From assembly GCF_001194135.2 (NCBI RefSeq), contig NC_068984.1, positions 121,741,244-121,805,243 on the forward strand: 64,000 nt of DNA, in the 5' to 3' direction. Each line of letters opens with the position of its first letter. Position 1 is the stretch's first letter. A program made the position numbers and the translations under genes. The notes under the pieces were generated by a model that searched no databases, was not told the origin of the DNA, and worked only from the letters and a program-made list of their open reading frames with translations. The DNA is from Octopus bimaculoides (taxonomy: Eukaryota). Shown piece by piece: positions 41,159 to 46,735 of this stretch.

Positions 41159-42767
41159 GGTTTGGCAATGCAAACAGGAAATTAGAACTCAAAACATGAG
41201 CATTTTACCAATTACAATCAATGTGTGTGTGTGTGTGTGTATACACATTAATTGCAATTGGTAAAATATATATGCTCATGTTTTTGAGTTCTAATGCCAG
41301 TGATGGAGAGCAGTGGTGGCTCTACACATGATGATACCACTGGAACCACTAACTTAGAATGATCCCAGCCATATCAAGCAAAAGCATGAAGCCAAGCCGA
41401 GCCATGTGTGTGAATACACTCACATGCAAAAAAAGATTTTGATTATGTGTAAAATAAAATCTATATTATCTAGGTTGAGTAGTAGACAGATAACAAGATT
41501 TGTTACATTTGAACATAATGAAGGTATCATAAGATTTCCTTTCTTTTCAGAGTCAATGGTGGTGTCTCCAACAACAGGTTCGTGCTGCAACTGATGTCAG
41601 ACCTCACAAGCCAAGTGATTGAAAAGTCAAAATTTACAGACATGACAAACCTTGGTGTAGCGTTTCTGGCTGGACTCGGTCATGGTACTAAACATTTCCA
41701 TTTTAATTGCTAGCCATTACTATAAACAGTTGTGGCCACACATGATCATATGTTCAGACTTGCTATCGCTTTAGTGCTATGCTCCCAAGCATGGTACTAT
41801 ACTCTCTATTTCAGTCCAGCTAGGTGAAGGTACATGCCTTTATTGACAAGGATACAGAAAGTAGGGACAATATATAAAAATGAATTTTATTAGTAGTTTT
41901 TATTTTTTGATGGTGGGATGGGGCTCAAATTGTTCAGACATGTGTTTTATGCATTCTAGATGTGATAGCTCCTATTTTTATTTTAGATATTATGTATACA
42001 TGGCATTACATTATTCAATGTCCCTAATTTTAAGATTGCTATTTGAAAGATATTTGGTTGCTACTTCTTGGTCAAATGACCCCCATATGACTGTTTTGAT
42101 GAGAAAGCCTCTAATCAGCTGAAAGATAATATGACCATATATTCCCTATTGTCATCTTTTCTGAGCAACTTCTAATATTTTTTTATGCAACTTTGATGTG
42201 GGTATATATAGAAGATAGATTCATCTAGAATGATCTCCATTCACAATGGACTTGCCATGTATCTAAGAAGCCCTGTAGACACATTCTAAATCCTTTCTTT
42301 TCTCTTTTTGCATTTTTTTGGGGGGGGGGTCAGGTATGCAGAAGTAGGATGATTACTTCTGTAGGAGAAATTGGTTTTACAGTTAATTGTTGCCCTATTT
42401 TCTGCAAATTCTTCAACCATAAAGTAGTTGAAGAATTACTTGTAGCAGTCAGGTTACTGGAGCAAGTAGAATCATGAGCTTTGCTCAAGAGCAAACCGAA
42501 TAGGTGTAATGTTCCAAATTATTGATATAAGATATTTTACAAAGATGCTTTAAATATTTTACAAAGATAACTTTACAAAAGTTATAAGATATATTACAAA
42601 GATTTTTTTATTTTGCAGGTATTTGGAAATGTAAAGAAGAATTGTTCAAACTACGGGGCTGTGATCGGGTATATACACCTCAGAAAAAATGGAACAAGTA
42701 TAAAAATATCTTCCGCACATGGGAAAGAGCTGTTAACAGATCTAAGAAATGGTATTCTCAGCAGTGA
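1712..42767 (+). CDS. GK5: Putative glycerol kinase 5 (FGGY carbohydrate kinase), complete; join(1712..1870,6739..6832,7721..7796,11072..11165,11588..11677,12757..12798,16991..17128,21325..21398,22688..22748,23528..23654,25659..25763,36984..37034,37469..37512,38097..38260,41551..41684,42619..42767), 533 aa
   Basis: Hand-assembled exons all have GT-AG ends and matching phases and sum to 1602 nt. FGGY motifs seen: [61 protein letters not shown]. Resembles GK5 ([11 protein letters not shown]-terminal WERAVNRS) rather than canonical GK. Confidence 0.95.
2010..2410 (+). repeat. Compound (CT)n / (TACA)n / (TA)n / (CA)n microsatellite block
   Basis: Directly visible; many similar blocks occur throughout (e.g. 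22800-22900, 25437-25555, 30740-30795, 41105-41156). Confidence 0.95.
3249..4035 (-). mobile_element. RTE-clade LINE 3' fragment (decayed RT C-terminus)
   Basis: Minus-strand relic reads [13 protein letters not shown]...[19 protein letters not shown]...GWKRPRGR with stops and a frameshift; (CAAG)n-like tail. Confidence 0.8.
4080..4171. other. Assembly gap (N run)
   Basis: 92 N. Confidence 1.
5146..5796 (+). mobile_element. Mariner transposon relic (5' end plus disrupted transposase N-terminal half)
   Basis: TA followed by a TIR-like end ttgggtcgtcccataaataatgc. Relic reads [13 protein letters not shown]...CQRWFQKF*...KLDQWVPH...GDKKWVL, i.e. the WVPH and TGDEKW motifs; truncated at ~5796. 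Confidence 0.88.
5797..5910 (+). mobile_element. Degenerate fragment of the hammerhead-bearing repeat (same family as 21424-21720)
   Basis: taggaatgagaa..atttccccaagacacCTGATGAgggctgg..aacaacaaacaagatgaggacaaata aligns with the reverse complement of 21490-21617. Confidence 0.8.
6739..6832 (+). CDS. GK5: GK5 exon 2 ([31 protein letters not shown])
   Basis: cttcAG acceptor, GTAAGT donor, 94 nt, phase 0 to 1. Confidence 0.9.
7721..7796 (+). CDS. GK5: GK5 exon 3 ([24 protein letters not shown])
   Basis: ttatAG acceptor, GTAAGT donor, 76 nt, TQRxT motif. Confidence 0.95.
8004..8277 (+). mobile_element. Possible decayed non-autonomous Helentron/DINE-1-like element
   Basis: ctagcagt start and ...cacacacaaacacattctcatctttatatatagagagat end resemble HINE termini; pattern resemblance only. 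Confidence 0.3.
8428..8588. mobile_element. hAT-type MITE (161 bp)
   Basis: Perfect 8-bp TSD TGCTAGAC (8420-8427, 8589-8596); CAGTG...CATTG ends. Confidence 0.8.
9324..9516. repeat. Fold-back minisatellite (inverted arms of TGCTTGTT / AACAAGCA units)
   Basis: 9356-9386 is the reverse complement of 9486-9516 at 29/31 positions; three units per arm. Confidence 0.8.
11072..11165 (+). CDS. GK5: GK5 exon 4 ([16 protein letters not shown]...YTMK)
   Basis: 94 nt, WQDLR motif, GT-AG ends. Confidence 0.95.
11588..11677 (+). CDS. GK5: GK5 exon 5 ([30 protein letters not shown])
   Basis: 90 nt, phase 0-0, GTAAGA donor; matches the GK5-specific insert. Confidence 0.9.
12310..12480 (-). mobile_element. 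tRNA-derived SINE family B copy
   Basis: Shares the ...ttctgagttcaaatt...cctttcggggtcgataaa.taagtac core. Confidence 0.75.
12757..12798 (+). CDS. GK5: GK5 exon 6 ([14 protein letters not shown])
   Basis: 42 nt, ttttAG acceptor, GTACGT donor, RLxWL motif. Confidence 0.88.
13248..13464. mobile_element. piggyBac-type MITE, second family
   Basis: TTAA-CCCTTTTGATACC ... GGTAATAAAAGGG-TTAA; related partial copies near 29600-29810 and 31600-31810. Confidence 0.8.
13605..13835 (+). mobile_element. tRNA-derived SINE family A copy
   Basis: Head with gttcagattcgatccc B-box, then ttgggcaa.tgtcttcta body; many copies in the window. Confidence 0.75.
14865..16400 (-). mobile_element. pogo/Tigger-like (Tc1-mariner superfamily) internally deleted transposon
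   Basis: TA at both ends; TIRs (a/c)cataaaaacccatgt match at 15/16. A frameshifted relic near 15560-15630 reads CWRISEAWK...SFEGC, like a DDE_1 C-terminus. A CA-rich minisatellite lies inside at ~15750-15930. Confidence 0.6.
16523..16727 (+). mobile_element. tRNA-derived SINE family B copy
   Basis: Full head (ggtggtgagctggcaga) through aaatttcaggccttgtg. Confidence 0.85.
16991..17128 (+). CDS. GK5: GK5 exon 7 (LKDRLY...[13 protein letters not shown]...STGLFDPFQ)
   Basis: 138 nt, FGxIDTWL and TDxSxASxTGLFD motifs. Confidence 0.96.
18222..18610 (+). mobile_element. SINE family A copy with family-F-type 3' end
   Basis: Family A head followed by ...ggaagagcattcagctgtagaa tail. Confidence 0.7.
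19511..19909 (+). mobile_element. Full-length tRNA-derived SINE family A copy
   Basis: A/B-box head, internal (GT)n, 3' gactgaaacaagtaaaagataaag end. Confidence 0.85.
20250..20640 (+). mobile_element. Decayed CR1/L2/Jockey-group LINE RT fragment
   Basis: Relic peptide [20 protein letters not shown]...SQK...FYK resembles the post-YADD 'ILG' region; heavily disrupted. Confidence 0.4.
21325..21398 (+). CDS. GK5: GK5 exon 8 ([24 protein letters not shown])
   Basis: 74 nt, GT-AG ends, phase 0 to 2. Confidence 0.93.
21424..21720 (-). mobile_element. tRNA-headed SINE-like element with Penelope-type (hammerhead) 3' part
   Basis: Head 21716-21650 has A-box TGGCGTAGTTG and B-box GTTCGATTCC; followed by a spacer, a hammerhead core and an (AAT)n tail; starts 26 nt after the GK5 exon 8 donor. 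Confidence 0.75.
21533..21583 (-). ncRNA. Minimal type I hammerhead ribozyme motif (probably partly decayed)
   Basis: Minus strand reads aagacac-CTGATGA-aa-GGCTG(gagtggtatat)CAGCC-GAAA-tg-TT-gtgctt. Stem II has 5 perfect bp; stem I has 6 bp with one bulge; predicted cleavage between 21539 and 21538. Confidence 0.65.
21955..22166 (-). mobile_element. tRNA-derived SINE family B copy
   Basis: Reverse complement of the family B consensus, flanked by (TAA)n. Confidence 0.85.
22196..22549 (+). mobile_element. R4/Dong-type non-LTR retrotransposon 3' end (RLE endonuclease C-terminus)
   Basis: Reads [39 protein letters not shown]...[20 protein letters not shown]; sits in a (TAA)n context. Confidence 0.8.
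22688..22748 (+). CDS. GK5: GK5 exon 9 ([20 protein letters not shown])
   Basis: 61 nt, ttgcAG acceptor, GTAAGT donor. Confidence 0.93.
22843..22852. other. Assembly gap (N run) inside (TA)n
   Basis: 10 N. Confidence 1.
23250..23371 (-). mobile_element. piggyBac-type MITE family 1, partial
   Basis: Ends ...aaatgctaaaGGG-TTAA; same family as 30207-30427. Confidence 0.75.
23528..23654 (+). CDS. GK5: GK5 exon 10 ([13 protein letters not shown]...[13 protein letters not shown]...SIA)
   Basis: 127 nt, catalytic ADQQ motif. Confidence 0.96.
23975..24220 (+). mobile_element. tRNA-derived SINE family D copy
   Basis: ttcttgagcaaaacacttcatttcatgttgctccagtccactcagc core; homologous to 61659-61916 and 48830-49090. 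Confidence 0.75.
24766..25434 (+). mobile_element. Head-to-tail train of three family B SINE copies separated by (TTA)n
   Basis: Copies at ~24766-24965, ~24988-25110 (partial) and ~25205-25434. Confidence 0.8.
25659..25763 (+). CDS. GK5: GK5 exon 11 ([19 protein letters not shown]...WAKSL)
   Basis: 105 nt, poly-T tract plus CAG acceptor, GTGAGT donor. Confidence 0.95.
27370..27639 (-). mobile_element. Young family A SINE (3' half; head lies in the assembly gap)
   Basis: CpG-intact copy ending at the N gap. Confidence 0.85.
27640..27867. other. Assembly gap (N run)
   Basis: 228 N. Confidence 1.
29056..29286 (-). mobile_element. Young family B-variant SINE nested in a family A SINE
   Basis: 14-bp TSD CTTCTTTCAGTTTC (29042-29055, 29287-29300). 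Confidence 0.9.
30207..30427 (+). mobile_element. piggyBac-type MITE family 1, full length (221 bp), inserted in a family F SINE tail
   Basis: TTAA-CCCTTTAG ... CTAAAGGG-TTAA; removing it restores ...cagatgTTAAacaatgatgatg. Confidence 0.9.
31205..31590 (-). mobile_element. Family A SINE copy
   Basis: Reverse complement of family A, with internal (CA)n. Confidence 0.8.
31956..32198 (+). mobile_element. hAT (Charlie-like) MITE
   Basis: CAGTGGTTCTCA ... TGAGAAACACTG ends; homologous to 37107-37360. Confidence 0.75.
34720..34915 (+). repeat. Degenerate pyrimidine-rich minisatellite (~22-27-bp tcccatcattc..tttcttcata unit)
   Basis: Unit recurs roughly 6-7 times with variation. Confidence 0.55.
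34937..35560 (-). mobile_element. RTE-clade LINE 3' fragment with (GAT)n tail
   Basis: Minus relic reads ...[15 protein letters not shown]...[14 protein letters not shown]...; 3' end tccaacccatgcaaacatggaaaa...(gat)n. Confidence 0.75.
36421..36770 (+). mobile_element. tRNA-derived SINE family C copy, B-box region replaced by a short internal duplication
   Basis: ggtgcatggctcagtggttagagc head; acaatcatgatgtagtg occurs twice. Confidence 0.75.
36984..37034 (+). CDS. GK5: GK5 exon 12 ([16 protein letters not shown])
   Basis: 51 nt, follows an 11.2-kb intron, GTGAGT donor. Confidence 0.88.
37107..37360 (+). mobile_element. hAT (Charlie-like) MITE
   Basis: 15-bp perfect TIR CAGTGGTTCTCAACC; degenerate 8-bp TSD ATATACAG/ATATATAA. 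Confidence 0.85.
37469..37512 (+). CDS. GK5: GK5 exon 13 ([15 protein letters not shown])
   Basis: 44 nt, GVYFVxAFSGL motif. Confidence 0.94.
38097..38260 (+). CDS. GK5: GK5 exon 14 (APINDD...[11 protein letters not shown]...ISSV)
   Basis: 164 nt, RAxLESxAF motif. Confidence 0.95.
39122..39332 (+). mobile_element. piggyBac-type MITE family 1, full length
   Basis: TTAA at 39118-39121 and 39333-39336; interrupts a decayed family F tail. Confidence 0.88.
39890..40045 (-). mobile_element. Family A SINE, 5' half
   Basis: Reverse complement of the head and body. Confidence 0.75.
41181..41295. repeat. Long inverted repeat / hairpin around a (TG)n loop
   Basis: Arms 41181-41226 and 41243-41295 pair at 44 of 46 positions, with a 6-nt and a 1-nt bulge. 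Confidence 0.9.
41551..41684 (+). CDS. GK5: GK5 exon 15 ([18 protein letters not shown]...[11 protein letters not shown])
   Basis: 134 nt; xGG.S.N and LGxAFLAG motifs. Confidence 0.95.
42619..42767 (+). CDS. GK5: GK5 exon 16, terminal (IWKCKEEL...[15 protein letters not shown])
   Basis: 149 nt, TGA at 42765-42767. Confidence 0.94.
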
Positions 42768-42802
42768 GTGGGTGCATAATTTTGATGCAGTTGACATTTT
42801 AT

Positions 42803-42808
42803 ATTAAA
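42803..42808 (+). terminator. Candidate GK5 polyadenylation signal (ATTAAA)
   Basis: Variant hexamer 36 nt after the stop, followed by GT-rich sequence; not verified by transcript data. Confidence 0.3.
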
Positions 42809-44409
42809 AACAAATGGACCTATAGTTCTGTTGTTGTTGTCACTTAGATTTCCCACACACATACCCAAGTCAGTTTTTATCAAATAGACATGATGAAAGC
42901 TGTTCCAATTATGACCATCCCAACTTTATTTTTAAAAGATGATGGGATGTGATTTGATTTCTTTCGGATCAAGGGGCCATACAGAGGCTTCCTTATTGGT
43001 TTTATTTTACTCTCAAAGTCTTAAATCCAGTATGGGCAACTTTTCCAAGAAGTGAACCACACGAGACATGGCTCATTATCAGGTGGGCCACACTACTAAA
43101 AAAAAATTCAATTTTTCATAGGGCAGGCCATTCAGAAAGTCCAGCAGGCTGCAGCTTATCCATAACAGTCTTAGAGAGTGGTGTGAGAAAAGAAAGATAT
43201 CCCCAGACAGAGATATGTGTTAAACCAGGTAATATATTTCTAAGGATGGAGGCATGACTCTGTGATTAAGTTGGCTTTACAATTACATGGTTTCAGGTTG
43301 GATCCCATGCTGCATCACCTTTGGCAAGTGTCTTTGATTATAGCCTTGGGTCAACCAAAACTTTGTAATTGAATTTTAGACCGAGAGACCATTTCTGGTT
43401 TTGGGTTGTAAACATAATCTGTTAATTTGCTTAACACCACTACCTGACCTTCGATTATGTTTAGGAGTTTTGTTTGATGCAAGCATTAAGATCAGGTTTC
43501 TCTGCCTAAGGATAATTTCCTTCCCATAGTCTCAGGATTGTGAACAGAGTAATTGAGTAACAGGCAAAACACTTCCTCCTCTAAGCTAATGTGAGAAAGA
43601 GATCACCAAAGCAGATGTTTAGGATGAACAAAGTTTATATATATAATGGGATCAATGTGTGTTGCATCATTTTCTTGCTGTAACGAACTTATAGAGGAGA
43701 ATATGCTGAAGAACTGCTAACCATGAGGAATGGCAAAAAGAGGCATTAGTTGAGCGACATTGGTGCTGAGAACAGGCACAAGCAGAAATGAACCTACATT
43801 GATTTGTATGCTGGAAAATATGATATAACTAAAACAACACATGACTTCTGATGACTGAAAACATAACACTTTCTGATTGATAAAAGTTGACAAAATCATA
43901 GACATTTTATTTCTTCTGGAAGAGAGAGAGAGAGAGAGAGGTAAAAAAGAAAAAAGACCAAAACAGATTTTTTTTTTATCCTCCTTTACATTTCTTGAAA
44001 TAATCTTGTAAGAAAATCAGTACATGTATTGACAGACTGAGATGTTGTTGGCATGGAGAAAATCACTAGAGAGCAGTAAGTAACTTTCCACCAAAATACA
44101 TGCATACTCAAAAGGGTGACTGCTTGAAAATTCATCACAAATTAGGGTAGCAAGTGAAAAGGGGATTTTTTTTTTTTTTTCAATGTTGAATCTTCAAGGA
44201 CTATTCTGAAGGTGGGAATAGAGACCAAAAGAAAGAAATGTGAATAATTATTTAAACACAGAAGTTTCCAAAATAAATAATGAAATTATTGAAGATTTCT
44301 GAAATGGCTTAAATCTAAAAAAACAAATGCGATGCCTGCCAATTATAGGATATTGACTCACAAGCCATTTATTTAGTTCATCACATTAATAAATGATGAT
44401 GGTTTCTTA

Positions 44410-46735
44410 CAATGGCACAAGGCCACAAATTTATAAAGGGAGAGACATAGTAATTTGAAATTACTCTATACATGACTAAACTTTATTTTATCAATCTCAG
44501 AAGAATGGCAGGCAAAGCCGACCTTGGCAGAATTTGAATTTAAAATCTAAAGGAATGTACCTGAAGGTGTATTTTTGTTCAGCATTCCATTGCCCTATTA
44601 ATTACAGGCACAAGGCCAGAAATTTGGCGGGAGGAGCTAGTTGATTACAACAACCTCTGTACTTCATTAGTACTTTATTTTAATGCCCTTGGAAGAATGA
44701 AAAGTAAAGTTGATCTCAGCAGGCTTTGAACTCAGAACGTAACAAGCAGGAACAAATACTGCAAAGAATTTTGTCCAATACCTTTAATGATTCTGTCAAA
44801 CAACTGCTCATGAATTAATTTAACATAGGCATGAGACCATAAATTGAAGAGGTGGGGAAATTGCCCCACACAACTTCATCAGAAGACAAAGGTAAAGGGA
44901 CCTTACAAAAGTGCTTTGAATGTAAAGGCATATTTTCTGATAGTTTGGGGATTCTGCAACTCACCGCTTTAATAATATTAATGATGATTTCTAACATAGC
45001 CACAAGTTTTCAGTCCATTTTAATCAAACTCAGTAATTGACTGGTACTTATTTTATCAACTCCTTAATGATGAAAAGAAAAGCCCATCTCACTGAGATTC
45101 AATCTAAGAATGTAAAGAGATGTCACTAAATGCTGCAAGGTGTTTTGTCCAACACTCTATTCTGATTAATCCACCACCCTCTAAGAATAAAAATAAGCAA
45201 GTTAGGCGAATAGAGTTAGCTGTCTTGGGAGCATGGTATGTCGGTAATGAGATAAAATTTACAAATAATCACGACTAGACAGCTGGTAGCCTATCCACTT
45301 GCCTTGCCATATCCCTATTAATTAGTTGGGTCATTTAAAAAATTTATGGAAGAGGAAGCAACAAGAATGTGTAGTATTTTTGCCTTTCCCTCAAGCCTTA
45401 GAAATATAAATGAAATAACCTCAACAAGAAAATCAAGTCTGAAGTGATTTGCTAAAAACTTACTGTCACTTCATGATCTATCAGCACAGGATTAATTATT
45501 ATGTTGATGGTGATGATAACAATTGCTGAATTAGGCAAAATGCGACAAATTTGAGGGAAAGATATAGTTGATTGCATCTATATCCTCCAGTATTTCACAG
45601 GAACTTAGTTTATCAAACCCAGAAGGATGAAAGGTAAAATCAACCCTAGTGGATTTGAACTCACAGTAATGGAAGGGACATAAATAAATACTACAAGGCA
45701 TTTTTTTTTGTTTACTGGTCAACCAATTCCACCAATCCATTGCCCTGATAATAGTAGTATTCTTTGGTTAACAGTGTTTAATAACTGAACAGAAATTTAA
45801 TAATTTTGATGAAAACCATATGTAAACTGCCATGATGCCTGACTGATGTGATACATGTATTTTTAGGGTAAAATGTTTGTCGAAGACCTTTTTGTCATTG
45901 TCGCATGGTCAGTCAATGACTTATGGTAATGTTAGAGAAAATGATTGGAGGAAGGGGAGATAACTAAAAGTTAGAATGACTTTAGTTGAGTGACTTCAAC
46001 CGAGACACATTAGAGCTGCAAGGAGAAGGTTATTGGACCATTGTCAAGCAATTGTCATGTGAGTAAGCGCTGAGAACATTAGAGCGAAAACACTCAGCAC
46101 AGAGGTCTGAATTTGAAGACTCCTTCTCAACTGACATTGGCGACTGTCCATTTGTAGAATCGATAGCACCCCCATGAGAATATGCCAACCAGGGAAGCAC
46201 GGAACGTCCAGCGAAACAAGCGACCAGCAATTGATGGTGGTGGACACCTGAAATAAAAATAAATATAAAAAAATGAAAAAACATGAAAATGAACATTGTT
46301 ACAAAACAAATAATCCTTTCTACTATAAGCACAAGGCTGAAATTTGGGGGGTGGGGGCTGGGGGACTGTCAATTACATCACCCCCCCAGCGAGCAACTGG
46401 TACTTATTTCCTCAAGTCTGAAAGGATGAAAGGCGAAGTCAACATTGGCAGAATTTGAATTCAGGATGTAAAACCAGAAGAAATGGTGATAAGCATTTTG
46501 CCTGGTGTGGTGGTAACCATTCTGTCACTTGCCACCTTATGGATAATAAATAATATCAATATTTTCTATTATAGGCAAAAGGCCTGAACTTTTAAGGGAG
46601 TAGGGCAAATCAATTACATCTTTCCCAGTGCTCAATTGGCACTTATTTTATTGACCCCGAAAAGATGAAAGGCAAAGTCGACTGAGGCAAAATTTAAACT
46701 CAGAATGCAGAAACAGACGAAATACCTGGTGTGTT
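44410..46735 (-). mobile_element. Cluster of six family B SINE copies, all on the minus strand, around the TRABD last exon
   Basis: Approximate copies: 44410-44590, 44605-44805, 44995-45180, 45530-45745, 46320-46535, 46565-46735. Confidence 0.75.
46127..46247 (-). CDS. TRABD: TRABD terminal exon (CPPPSIAGRLFRWTFRASLVGIFSWGCYRFYKWTVANVS*), predicted membrane anchor
   Basis: atttcAG acceptor; PPPS followed by a hydrophobic helix flanked by basic residues, as in the vertebrate TRABD C-terminus. Confidence 0.9.

Noticed and set aside
43848-43860. CTGATGA..GAAA as another hammerhead (also CTGATGA near 44876 and 52449)
   Set aside because: No stem II or no GAAA/NUH in the required arrangement; chance heptamers.
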